Origin: Acidobacteriota bacterium
GTDB taxonomy: Bacteria; Acidobacteriota; UBA6911; RPQK01; CBDAPI01
Assembly: GCA_965205345.1 (NCBI GenBank)
Contig: CBDBGQ010000036.1
Location: 65,463 to 129,462, forward strand
Direction: 5' to 3'
Length of the DNA: 64,000 nucleotides
The first letter of the stretch is position 1; the number at the start of each line of letters is the position of its first letter. This document shows, one piece after another, positions 36,044 through 45,892 of this stretch. The notes beneath the pieces are model-generated. The model saw only the letters and a program-made list of their open reading frames with translations, was not told the DNA's origin and searched no databases. Position numbers and translations under genes: made by a program.

Positions 36044-38611
36044 TTGTCTTTGCCGGGCGACACACTGTGCTCTGAGTGTGGAACGGAATTATCCAGCCAG
36101 GAGCTGTCGCGAGGCCTGTGTCCAGGCTGCCTCCTGTCACTCGGGTTGAGCCTCTCCGCTGTGAGGGCGGGAATCGCTGAGCAGCCTCAACCATTCCCGG
36201 ATTTGATCGGGGCCTCCGTGTCTCGTTACCTCATCCTCGAGCAGATTGGCCGCGGAGGAATGGGCGAAGTCTTCCTGGCTCAGGACACTTCGCTGGGTCG
36301 AAGAGTCGCCCTGAAGTTCCTGCCCGGCGAGCTCCAGCAGCACCCCACTGCCAGACAGCGTTTTCTCAGAGAAGCCAAAGCTGCAGCAGCTCTGGACCAC
36401 CCTTACATCTGCAAGATTTATGAAATCGACGAATTTGAGGGCCGAAGCTTCATCTCCATGGAGTACGTACCGGGCAGGAACTTGAGGCAAAGACTGGAGG
36501 AAGGGCGCCTCTCTCTGGAAGACGCCTTGAACGCCGCCAGGGAACTGGCAGAAGCCTTCGAAATCGCCTTCCAGGGAGGAATCGTCCATCGCGACCTGAA
36601 GCCGTCCAATGTCATGTTCACCCCGGAAGGACATGTCAAGGTCCTCGATTTCGGGCTGGCCAAGAGAATCTTGCCGGACCGAAAGGAAGGAACGGAGGAT
36701 ACCTGGTTTTCCGACCTCACGGAGACCGGTTCCATCCTGGGAACACCCGCCTACATGTCTCCTGAACAGCTGCAGGGAAAGGAACTCGACCATCGATCAG
36801 ATATCTTCTCGCTGGGGGTCGTCCTCTACGAGATGGCAACTGGGGTTCACCCCTTTCTGAAGGACTCCAAACTGGAGACCATCAATGCGATCGTCTCGAC
36901 ACCGTTTCCGGAGTTGTCCGAACACCTGCGCGAAGCCCCCCCTTCTTTGCAGCGAACTCTGGAAAAGATGATGGCAAAGAAACCGCATCGCCGCTTCGCT
37001 ACATTCGGGGAGGTCCGTGAGAAACTGATGCGCCTTCTCGAAGACGTCAAGGCCACCGGTTACAAGAGCTTCTTCCGCGAGCTGCTGAGTCCCGGTGTTG
37101 TTTTGACTGCCGCTGCAGGTCTGGTCCTGGGGATCCTCTTCATCGCTTTCCTTTCCCTGGACCGCAGCGTACGCGAGGAAACTCGGAGAGACCAAACGAT
37201 GGACCGGGCGGGAATGCCCGTGGATCCAAACCCCCGAATTGCCGTTCTCCCGCTCGTCCATCTCGGTCCCAACGAGCAGGACGGCATCCTTGGTGAGGGA
37301 CTGACAGACTCCCTGATCACCCGACTGGCCAATGTAAGGGGACTGTCTGTGATTTCACGGACCTCAGTCATGTACTTCAAGGGAAAAGACCTGACTCTTC
37401 CCGAAATCGCCGAGAAACTGCAGGCAGACTACATACTGAACGGCAGTTTCCAGCGACCGGACAGCGAGTTTGTGGTGACGGTTCAGCTGGTGCGAGCTGC
37501 TGATGACACGACCGTGTGGGCAAAGGAGTACCGACAGGCCTGGACGGACATCCTGAGGGTCCAGTCTGACATCTCGCAACAGGTGGTCGAGAATATCAAC
37601 CTGGCGCTGGGCCCCGGGGAGGAGGCCGCGATCCGGGGATCCCCTGTGGAAAACGTCGGGGCCTACGAGCTTTATCTGCACGGCCGGTTCTTTCTGGCCC
37701 AGCGCTCCCGGACCGCCCTGGAGACCGCCATCTCGTATTTCCAGCAAGCCATTGAGCTGGATCCCGAGTCGGCGCTCGCGTACTCAGGACTGGCGGACGC
37801 CTATGGGCTGCTGGGAGCTACCGGCTATGGGGGACTGCCACCTGCAGAGGTCATGCCCAAAGCGGAGCAGGCTGCCCGCAAAGCTCTCTCCATTGACGGC
37901 AACTCGGCCGAAGCACACACCTCTCTGGCAAGCACGCTGATGTCCTACTACTGGGATTGGGAGGAGTCGGAGAAGCACTTCAAAACAGCGCTCCAGCTGA
38001 ATCCCGGTTACTCGACTGCCCGCCACTGGTACGGGCTCTATCTGGCAGCCACGTACGACCTGGAGGGTGCACTTCGTGAGATCGGGATGGCTCGAAGACT
38101 GGATCCCCTCTCCCCGGCGGCTAACGCCGCGCTGGCCCGCTGTCTCTACTACCGGCGCGAGTATGAAGCGGCCATCCCTTTGTACGAGAGGGCTCTCGAA
38201 CTGGATCCCGACTTTGGGCCGGCCCATCTCGGGCTGGCCCTGGCCTACGTGAAACAATATGAGAACTCGGACTCCAGAATCGAGCAGATGTCCCTGTTTC
38301 TGAACTCCATCTCCGAGTTTGAAAAAGGTGTCGGAGTTCCGATCAATGTTTTCGCTTTTGTGAACTCACTGATGGCATCCGCGCCCGATGAAGAGGAGTG
38401 GGAAGACGAGGTTCCACCCGTGTTCTTTGCGATTGCCTATACCATCCTCGGGGACTCGCCTCAGGCACTGGCATGGCTCGACAGGGCCGTTGAGGAGCGT
38501 TCCGAGTATCTCGTTTTTCTCAGGGTTGATCCGATTTTCGACAAGTTGCGCACCACTCCCGAATTCGATCAGATACTGGAGAGAGTTGGGCCCTCAGAGC
38601 AGTCTCACTGA
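36044..38611 (+). CDS. Ser/Thr protein kinase with N-terminal Cys-rich segment, TM helix and C-terminal TPR array, 855 aa
   Basis: 'GRGGMGEVFLAQD', 'VALKFL', 'HRDLKPSNVMF' and 'DFGLAK' kinase subdomains are present, with TPR repeats downstream. Confidence 0.85.
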   Translation: MSLPGDTLCSECGTELSSQELSRGLCPGCLLSLGLSLSAVRAGIAEQPQPFPDLIGASVSRYLILEQIGRGGMGEVFLAQDTSLGRRVALKFLPGELQQHPTARQRFLREAKAAAALDHPYICKIYEIDEFEGRSFISMEYVPGRNLRQRLEEGRLSLEDALNAARELAEAFEIAFQGGIVHRDLKPSNVMFTPEGHVKVLDFGLAKRILPDRKEGTEDTWFSDLTETGSILGTPAYMSPEQLQGKELDHRSDIFSLGVVLYEMATGVHPFLKDSKLETINAIVSTPFPELSEHLREAPPSLQRTLEKMMAKKPHRRFATFGEVREKLMRLLEDVKATGYKSFFRELLSPGVVLTAAAGLVLGILFIAFLSLDRSVREETRRDQTMDRAGMPVDPNPRIAVLPLVHLGPNEQDGILGEGLTDSLITRLANVRGLSVISRTSVMYFKGKDLTLPEIAEKLQADYILNGSFQRPDSEFVVTVQLVRAADDTTVWAKEYRQAWTDILRVQSDISQQVVENINLALGPGEEAAIRGSPVENVGAYELYLHGRFFLAQRSRTALETAISYFQQAIELDPESALAYSGLADAYGLLGATGYGGLPPAEVMPKAEQAARKALSIDGNSAEAHTSLASTLMSYYWDWEESEKHFKTALQLNPGYSTARHWYGLYLAATYDLEGALREIGMARRLDPLSPAANAALARCLYYRREYEAAIPLYERALELDPDFGPAHLGLALAYVKQYENSDSRIEQMSLFLNSISEFEKGVGVPINVFAFVNSLMASAPDEEEWEDEVPPVFFAIAYTILGDSPQALAWLDRAVEERSEYLVFLRVDPIFDKLRTTPEFDQILERVGPSEQSH

Positions 38612-39918
38612 TGTAGACTGCGCGAGAATGCTGCGAAGTCGATCCGGTCGATTGACTGGAGGGCGCTCTCGTAGAGCTTCCATGCGCCTCCAGAAGCGGA
38701 GACGCTCCCACTTCGATTCTGAGGCCCGGACACAGAAGATCCGCTGGACTTGAAGGTCGCCAGACCGCAATAGTCCTCGAAGCCCTCATATCGCTCAGGC
38801 TCAACTCTCTTGAGGTAGGCGTTCAGGCTCAGGTTGGTGAGAGCCAGATAGCCCTCCGCGGGTGGAAGGATCGGCAAATGACTCTTCTCAGCGCTTCTGA
38901 GGATCCGGCGAAGCAGACTCCCGAAGAACTCGAATGTGTCAATCCCAAGAGCTTCAAAATCGGGTCGGTAGTCCAGGACCACGGGAATCGTCAGGACCAG
39001 AAATCGAGTGCGGCGCAAGCGGTAGCGAGTGCTGCAGCGAATTGTAGCGGGAACATATCCCAACCTGGCATATTCCCGCGGGAAGGCGCAGTGCCGGGTC
39101 TCGTCCCGGTAGAGACTTTGCAGAATCTGATCCAGGCCGGCGCAGGAAGGCAGTCTGGAGAAAATTTGGAGGGCAAACGTTTCCATCAATACATTCAGAC
39201 CGAACAACCTGGTGAACGGGTCACTACGGGCGATCAACTCGAGAAGAATCCTGGCGGAAGGATAAAGCGGCCTGGGCTTGCCCCACAGCGTCTCGAGCAG
39301 GGCTTTCATGACAGCGAAATGACGGGCTTCTTCAACGACCTGAGCACTCAGTCGGAGTTTGGATCCGGTACCCTCCAGGGAGGCCAGCAGAGTTGACGAA
39401 ATATGAAGGGCATAGGCCTCGCCGTGAGCCAGCAGCGAAAGGATCGAAAAGAGACCTTCCCGCTCCCGCGGAGAGAAACTACTTTGGAATTTGCTTCGAA
39501 TGACTGGCGAACTCGCGAGCTCAATCAGGTTGACGCCCTCTGCAGCTGGAGGAGTTCGAGATTGAGGTCCTTCCTCCGGTAGAGTCTCCGTCAGATGGGG
39601 ACCAGGAGCCTCGATCTCCGCCTCCCACAGGCGCCGTAAGGCCCGCTCGTAGTGGCGCGCTCCGGGTGTGTCAGCTCCATTACTCTCAAAAGAGCCAATC
39701 CGATCGTCGTAGCCGGTCTCGCTACGCCAACCTACGTAACATCGGATCGGCTTTTCACAGCGACGGTAAAGCCATCCCCCGCTGAAAGCTAGTCTTGTGC
39801 ACCAATGAATAACGAAATCCTGCAAGCCTGTTCCACTCACTGAACAAGAATGGTAACTAACGATTCTGCTTCTGCAAACAAGTCGGTGCTGATCCAGAGG
39901 AGGTTTGGTATTGCGCAA
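38605..39918 (-). CDS. Ferritin-like diiron-carboxylate protein (two E..ExxH half-sites; AurF/desaturase-like), putative oxygenase; N-terminal extent uncertain
   Basis: Helices carrying 'GEAYA', 'EEARH', 'METFA' and 'DETRH' are spaced as in four-helix-bundle diiron proteins. Confidence 0.4.
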   Translation of the reverse strand: MRNTKPPLDQHRLVCRSRIVSYHSCSVSGTGLQDFVIHWCTRLAFSGGWLYRRCEKPIRCYVGWRSETGYDDRIGSFESNGADTPGARHYERALRRLWEAEIEAPGPHLTETLPEEGPQSRTPPAAEGVNLIELASSPVIRSKFQSSFSPREREGLFSILSLLAHGEAYALHISSTLLASLEGTGSKLRLSAQVVEEARHFAVMKALLETLWGKPRPLYPSARILLELIARSDPFTRLFGLNVLMETFALQIFSRLPSCAGLDQILQSLYRDETRHCAFPREYARLGYVPATIRCSTRYRLRRTRFLVLTIPVVLDYRPDFEALGIDTFEFFGSLLRRILRSAEKSHLPILPPAEGYLALTNLSLNAYLKRVEPERYEGFEDYCGLATFKSSGSSVSGPQNRSGSVSASGGAWKLYESALQSIDRIDFAAFSRSLHQ

Positions 39919-40743
39919 ACCCGATTGCTATGCTTCCTGTTGTTGCACTTTCAAACCCAACCGCTCTCGACAATTACACTCTGCCTGGGTGCCTGGATGA
40001 TCTGCTGGGGGCTCGGGGTTTCCGCTTCCGAATACCAACATCCCTCTTCCATCAGCCAACTTGTGGGGCGAGCTCGCTCTCTGCAGGAGCAGTACCGGGA
40101 GCGTGAGGCCCTGGATCTCTACCTACAGGCTCTCAAAGTCGATCCTGATCATTTTGAGGCGGTCTGCGGCGCCAGCTATCTGTACGGCCAGGTGGGAAAG
40201 CGCCTCTCCGACAAGAAGAGCCAGAGAGAGTACTACCGGAGGTCCCAGACTCTGGCCCGGCAGGCCTTTGCCGCCAGGCCCGATGACCCGGAGGCCAATC
40301 TGGTGATGGCCTGGTCGCATGGAGGCATAGCCTTGATCTCCGGCTTTCGGGAAAAGGTAGCGGCCGGCTGGAAAGTCAAGGAGCACGTCGACCGGACTCT
40401 CGAGAGCAGGCCCGAAGATCACAGGGCCTGGTACATTCTGGCCAATCTCAACTACCAGGCGGGGACGGTCGGCTTTCTCCAGAAGAGCCTGGCCAGGGTC
40501 TTGTTCGGAGGAGTACCAAAGGAGCTTTCCCTCGAAAAGGCAATTGAAGCTTATCGGAAAGCAGTGGAGATCCGGCCCGATTTCATACTCTATCGGTATG
40601 AATTAGCGCGTGCTCTCAACCGCTCGGGCCTAAAGAGCGAAGCTTCCGAGCACCTTCGCCAGGCCCTGATCCTGGAGGCCAGGTTCGAAGATGACCCCGC
40701 TGTCCTGAAGCAGTGCCGGAAATTACTTTCTCGTCTCAATTAA
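39850..40743 (+). CDS. TPR-like helical repeat protein, possibly a TatT-family paralogue; start uncertain
   Basis: All-helical with TPR-like periodicity. It lies upstream of the disrupted tatT-like gene. Confidence 0.4.
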   Translation: MVTNDSASANKSVLIQRRFGIAQTRLLCFLLLHFQTQPLSTITLCLGAWMICWGLGVSASEYQHPSSISQLVGRARSLQEQYREREALDLYLQALKVDPDHFEAVCGASYLYGQVGKRLSDKKSQREYYRRSQTLARQAFAARPDDPEANLVMAWSHGGIALISGFREKVAAGWKVKEHVDRTLESRPEDHRAWYILANLNYQAGTVGFLQKSLARVLFGGVPKELSLEKAIEAYRKAVEIRPDFILYRYELARALNRSGLKSEASEHLRQALILEARFEDDPAVLKQCRKLLSRLN

Positions 40744-40892
40744 CCTGCCCTCTTCCCTTCCCAGAAGGATTGCATCTTGTAACTCTCCAGCACTTTTGCT
40801 TTATTAGCGCACAGGAGTACCTCATGAACATAAAGATGAAGCTTGGACACAGCCTGTTTCTGGTCTCCTTCACCCTCCTGCTTCCGCTTTCC

Positions 40893-42224
40893 GGCTAAGC
40901 AACTGTTTTTCTGTAATTTGACTGAGAGTGATCTGAGATCGGATTCTCCTGTGGTTTGAAATCGACCAGGCTGAGGTACTGTTTCCCGATCAGCCAGTCT
41001 TCGTGAATCTCCTCGACGACAGCGGTGATGAGTCGTAGTGCGGACTCGGTGTTTGGAAAGATACCGACGACCCGGGTACGCCGGCGAATCTGACGGTTTA
41101 GGTTCTCCAGCCCGTTGTTGGTGCGAATGCGCCGCCAGGCAGAACGTGCAAAACGAAAGACCGTAAAGCCTTCCGGCAGATTGGTCTCCATCCAATCGGC
41201 CAGCTCCGGGTTGCGGTCGTAGTATTGCTCGACTCTGGCCCGAAGCATCGCCTCAGCTTCGCCTCCAGACGGGGCATTGAAGATGTCTCGAATGTCAGTG
41301 GCGATGGCGGCACGTTGGTCGGATCGGCGGGCGTATCGCTGAGCATTCTGGCTCAGGTGAAACTGACAGCGTTGCCAGGGCACTGAAGGAAAGACAGCTC
41401 TTCTGGCAGCTCGTAGTCCTGAGTGGTCATCGCTGACAATCAGCTGCACACCCTCCAGACCACGCTTTTGAAGCTGCTGCAGAAACTCTCGCCAGTGGAC
41501 CTCCGCCTCGCTGAGTCGGCAGCTGACCCCAATCACCTCCCGCTTGCCCCAGCAGTTGACTCCGGTCGCTTTCAAGACGGCCACATCCTGAATGCTGCCC
41601 TGGCGACGGACCTTCTCGTAGTGGGCATCCAGGTACACAACTGGATAGCTGCCCAAAGGGCGGTTGCGAAACTGCTCGAGTTCGTCGTCCAGCAGCTTGG
41701 AGATTCTTGAGACCTGGCTGGCGGAGATCTCGGTGCCGCACAGCTGCTCGGTAATCTCAGTGACCTTGCGCGTCGACACGCCCATCACGTACATCTCGGC
41801 GATGGCCAGCTTCAGGGCTTTCTCCGAGCGGCACCCTCGCTCCAGGGATCGGGGATAGAAGTCCAGGTGACGTACTTGTGGAATCCGGATTTGAAGCTGT
41901 CCCACTCGAGTTGACAGCGTCTTGGCCTTGTACCCGTTGGCGTGGTCTCGACGCTGCTCGCTCCGCTCCCAGCGTCGAGCTCCCAGAAACTCTTCTCGTT
42001 CCATCTGCATGGCGGTGTTGAGCAGTTTCTCCAACACTCCTCGAAACGCGTCGCTGCCTTCTTCGATCAGTTCTTTCAACAATTCTCGTGGTAGCCTCTG
42101 TTCTGGGTCTGGGGTCATTCGGATCCTCCTTGCTCTTGTCTTGAGTTTTTGGAGAAATCCTGCCCCAGACCTCTGATCCTTTTAGCTCACCTTCCTCAAA
42201 TTACAGAAAGAACGGTACACCCCT
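40893..42224 (-). mobile_element. IS256-family insertion sequence (about 1.33 kb) with imperfect terminal IRs and 8-bp TSD CGCTTTCC
   Basis: TSD at 40885-40892 and 42225-42232. The IRs share ...TTCTGTAATTTGA. Confidence 0.8.
40895..42118 (-). CDS. IS256-family (Mutator-like) transposase, 407 aa
   Basis: Typical IS256 transposase length and motifs (DxxH...E catalytic region 'VVYLDAHYEKVR', 'CQFHLSQN'). Confidence 0.85.
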   Translation of the reverse strand: MTPDPEQRLPRELLKELIEEGSDAFRGVLEKLLNTAMQMEREEFLGARRWERSEQRRDHANGYKAKTLSTRVGQLQIRIPQVRHLDFYPRSLERGCRSEKALKLAIAEMYVMGVSTRKVTEITEQLCGTEISASQVSRISKLLDDELEQFRNRPLGSYPVVYLDAHYEKVRRQGSIQDVAVLKATGVNCWGKREVIGVSCRLSEAEVHWREFLQQLQKRGLEGVQLIVSDDHSGLRAARRAVFPSVPWQRCQFHLSQNAQRYARRSDQRAAIATDIRDIFNAPSGGEAEAMLRARVEQYYDRNPELADWMETNLPEGFTVFRFARSAWRRIRTNNGLENLNRQIRRRTRVVGIFPNTESALRLITAVVEEIHEDWLIGKQYLSLVDFKPQENPISDHSQSNYRKTVA

Positions 42225-43128
42225 CGCTTTCCTCAGCTTGTTCGGTCCGCCGCTATGCGGTAAACATGGTGGGGGACGCGCTGGCATCGGGAAACTCGGT
42301 GTATGAGACGGATGAGGATATCGAGCTGGTCGGCGAGGCATTTCCCTTCGCTCTCAAGCTGACCGAGACCCTGTTGGCCGAATCACCCAATCATCCCGGC
42401 TTGCTGATCACCGCTTGCAAGGGGTTTGTGGGCTACTCCTACGCCTACGTCGACTTCCGGGCGGAGCTGGCAGAGGAAACCGACCTGGACCGAGCCCGAG
42501 TGCTTCGAACTAGAGCGAGAAAACTTTATCTGCGCGCCCACAATTACTGTACGCGGGGCCTCGAGCGATGGTACCCGGGGTTGACAGCTGCCCTGACAAC
42601 GGATCCTCAAGCGGCGGTCCGTCTGACCAAGGAAAAGAAGCGCGACAGGGATCTCCCTTTTCTCTATTGGACAGCCGCCGCACTGGGCAGTGCCATTTCA
42701 GCGTCCCGAGACGACGCAGCCATGCTGGCGCGACTACCCGAGGTTGAAGCACTGCTCGATCGTGCCCTGATGCTGGATGAGGACTGGAACAAAGGCTCAC
42801 TCTACGAGGTCAAGGTGCAGCTTGCAGGAGCGAAAGTCTGGGGGGGCGATGAGCAGGAGATCGCCCGGAATTACGAGAGGGCCCTGATGCTCTCGAGCGG
42901 GCAGCATGCCGCCCTGTTCGTGACCTATGCGGAAGCTGTCGCAATCCCGAACCAGGATCGGGAACTGTTTCTAACACTGATGAATCGAGCCCTCTCCGTC
43001 AACCCTGACCTCGATCCTGAGAACCGGCTCCTCAACCTCCTCGCCCAGCGCAGGGCTCAGTTCCTGCTGGATCGAATTGAGGACCTCATCCTAAGTGATG
43101 ACCCGACCCAGGGCCAGGGAGGCCAACC

Positions 43129-44139
43129 ATGAAAATTCCAACCGTTGGCAGTTGGTTGATTCTACTTGGGGGTCTGCTGCTGTTCGGGTCCGTTCTCCAG
43201 GCTCAGACCATCCGGATCCGGATTGGAACCGTGGCGCCCCAGGACTCCCCGTGGCACGAAACTCTCAAGCAGCTTCGTCAGGAATGGCACAGAATCTCCC
43301 AAGGAGCGGTCCGGGTCCAGATCTATCCCGGGGGCGTGCTGGGCGACGGACCGGAAATGGTCAGACAAGTGCGTGCCGGTCGAATCCAGGCGGTGGCCCT
43401 CTCCTCTGCCGGGTTGGCCCAGATCGACAAGGGGATCTCCTGTCTTCAGATTCCCCTGATGTTTGATTCCTATGAGGAACTCGACTACGTAAGAGCACGC
43501 ATCTCGGATCAACTCGAGAAGCGGCTCGAGCAGCGGGGATTCAAGCTCCTGCACTGGGGAGACGCCGGCTGGGTCCACTCCTTTACAACTGCACCCGCGC
43601 GGACACCCAATGATCTTCGCAAGCTCAAACTCTTTACCCACGCCGGAGATCCGGACATGGAGAGCCTCTACAAGGAGTTTGGCTTCCGAGTTGTCCCGCT
43701 TTCGCTCACCGATTTGATCACCTCTCTTCAGACGGGAATGATCGAAGCCGTGAGCCTGCCCCCGCTCATCACTTTACTCAACGAGTCGTACCGTCTGGCC
43801 CCCAATATGGCGAGCTTCAGATGGACTCCGATGGTGGCAGGAACCGTGATCAGCCTGAAAACCTGGGAGCAGATTCCAGAAGAGCTCCGCCCCAGAATGC
43901 TGGAGGCGGCCACTAAAGTCGGTGACCTTCTGCGAGATGAAATCCGCCAGATGGATGGCGATGCAGTGGCTGAAATGGAAAAACGCGGACTGCAGGTGAT
44001 CGACCTGAATCAAGACGAACTCGACCGCTGGCAGAAGGAGGCTGAGGATGCTTATCCTCGCCTCCGGGGACGCTATGCTCCGGCCGACCTCTTTGACGAA
44101 GTTCGCCGTCTGCGCGATCAATTCCGAGCTCAAAGGTAA
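43129..44139 (+). CDS. TRAP transporter solute-binding protein (DctP-family; TatP-like)
   Basis: Signal peptide and DctP-family fold. Its start overlaps the tatT-like stop (ATGA), as in TPAT operons. Confidence 0.75.
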   Translation: MKIPTVGSWLILLGGLLLFGSVLQAQTIRIRIGTVAPQDSPWHETLKQLRQEWHRISQGAVRVQIYPGGVLGDGPEMVRQVRAGRIQAVALSSAGLAQIDKGISCLQIPLMFDSYEELDYVRARISDQLEKRLEQRGFKLLHWGDAGWVHSFTTAPARTPNDLRKLKLFTHAGDPDMESLYKEFGFRVVPLSLTDLITSLQTGMIEAVSLPPLITLLNESYRLAPNMASFRWTPMVAGTVISLKTWEQIPEELRPRMLEAATKVGDLLRDEIRQMDGDAVAEMEKRGLQVIDLNQDELDRWQKEAEDAYPRLRGRYAPADLFDEVRRLRDQFRAQR

Positions 44140-44674
44140 GAGCTCAAAGGTAAGAGGTTGTGAGACTGTCACGGGCAGCCAACCGACCAGTTCTGGTCTG
44201 GTTCGAAGACTCCCTTTCGCTCCTCATTCTCAGCCTGATGGCGCTTCTGCCAGTCATTGAGATCCTGGGCCGGACCCTGCTGGGAAGGGGAATTCCCGGC
44301 TCCATCGTGCTGGTCCAGCACATGACGCTCTGGATCACGATCCTGGGGGCCGCCCTGGCAGCACGGAGTCACCGCCTGCTCGCTCTTTCCAGTTTGAATT
44401 TTTTCCCGGAGAAGCTGCGCCCTCCAGTGCGCGTGGGCACCTCCATGCTGGCAACAGGCATTACCGCCATCCTCTTCGTTGCCAGCCTGGATTTTGTTCG
44501 AATCGAACGCGAGGCCGGTACCGAGCTGGCCTGGGGCATTCCCGCCTGGCTGGCTCTGACCATTCTGCCGACAGGGTTCAGTGTGATCACGCTGCGGCTG
44601 ATCTGGCATGCCGCGGAGACTCACCGGGGAAGGTTGTTGGCAGCAGCTGGACTGGCCATTCCGGTTATTTTTGG

Positions 44675-45892
44675 GGGATTATATACGAAAGTGGCGAAAT
44701 AGGTGGACGGCTGCTTAAAGGTACGCTAAGCTAGAAGCCGTACAGCGAAACGCCCCGGTTCCAGCCGGGGCGGTGGATAACCCTTAACCGGCTGGTCCAA
44801 TGGGTGCCTAAGCCTCAGACCAGCTACTGGAGTACAGCTATGCCCAAGACTATCCTCAATGTCACCCTCCCGTCAACCCTCGCGCTCAATACGGTGCTCG
44901 CTCAGGACATCAAGGTCCTGGCGAAGGTCGATCAAGCCATGGCCAAGCCAAATGCCATCGTCGACCAGTCGTTCAGAAAGGTGAACTCCTGGACGTAGCG
45001 GTCCAGGTGCTTGGGGCTGAGCTTGTGGAAGGTGCCCTTGTGCGCTCGCTTGAGCATCGACCACAGCGATTCAATCCCGTTGGTGTGAACCTCGCCCTTG
45101 ACGTACTCGGAGAGCGAGTGCTTGACCGTGGCGTGATTGAACCGTAGCGACTCGTAGGCGGTCGCATCGTCGGTGTAGACCGTCGCACCAGGGGCCGCGT
45201 GTTCCTCGACGAATCCCTGCAACGTTTGCTGGTCCGTCGCATGAACGACCTTCGCGGCCACGCGCTTGGTTCGGCGGTCCTTCGCTCCGACCGCCGCCGT
45301 CTTGCCGACGGGTCCACGGCCCGTGTTGGCCAGGGCCTTCCGTCGGGTGTTGCTCATGTTCCGGCGACGACCGCCGAAGTATGTTTCGTCGATTTCAACG
45401 GGACCGGCGAACCGCACCCCATCCTGCGACAAGGCCGCCCGGAGCCGCTGCGCGAGGAACCACGCGGATTTCTGCGTGATACCCAAGTCGCGGTGGAGCT
45501 TCATGCTCGACACGCTCTTGAGGCTAGTCATGATCTGGAAGATGGCGATGATCCAGTCCTGATAGCCGATCTTCGAGCCTTCCATGATCGTGCCGGTCTT
45601 GACGCTGAACTTCTTGCCGCATGCCTTCTCACGGCAGCGGAACGGCATCGTCTTGTGCTTGCACCCCGTCTGCACGTTGACGGAGCCGCAGTCGTGGCAG
45701 CATACGCCGTCAGGCCACCGCTGCTGGATGAACCACCGCTCCGCCGTCGCGTTGTCGGGGAACATCCGCATGATCTGTTTGAGGGAAATGCCTTTGCGGA
45801 ACGCTTTGCCTGGGGCCTTCTTTCTCATGCCCCTAGTTTACAGGAAAGTGGCTGCGTGTCAAGAGTAAACGCCACTTTCGTATATAATCCCC
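44675..45892 (-). mobile_element. IS1595-family insertion sequence (about 1.2 kb), 22-bp perfect terminal IRs GGGGATTATATACGAAAGTGGCG, TSD TATTTTTG
   Basis: IRs at 44675-44697 and 45870-45892. Direct repeat at 44666-44673 and 45893-45900. Confidence 0.85.
44932..45828 (-). CDS. IS1595-family (ISXO2-like) transposase with N-terminal zinc-ribbon
   Basis: 'CCHDCGS...C..C..KFSV' Zn-ribbon, then DDE domain 'VEIDETYFGG'. Confidence 0.8.
   Translation of the reverse strand: MRKKAPGKAFRKGISLKQIMRMFPDNATAERWFIQQRWPDGVCCHDCGSVNVQTGCKHKTMPFRCREKACGKKFSVKTGTIMEGSKIGYQDWIIAIFQIMTSLKSVSSMKLHRDLGITQKSAWFLAQRLRAALSQDGVRFAGPVEIDETYFGGRRRNMSNTRRKALANTGRGPVGKTAAVGAKDRRTKRVAAKVVHATDQQTLQGFVEEHAAPGATVYTDDATAYESLRFNHATVKHSLSEYVKGEVHTNGIESLWSMLKRAHKGTFHKLSPKHLDRYVQEFTFLNDWSTMAFGLAMA

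Larger units (their letters stand above)
40824..43132 (+). pseudogene. TatT-like TPR protein gene of a TPAT-type TRAP transporter operon, split by the IS256-family insertion
   Basis: Signal peptide (40824-40892) and body (42233-43132) are joined by the 8-bp target-site duplication CGCTTTCC. After excising the IS the reading frame is continuous. Confidence 0.7.

Noticed and set aside
40713-40898. A 61-aa ORF called as a stand-alone small gene.
   Set aside because: It is the RBS plus signal-peptide exon of the tatT-like gene, truncated by the IS256 insertion; its stop codon lies in IS DNA.
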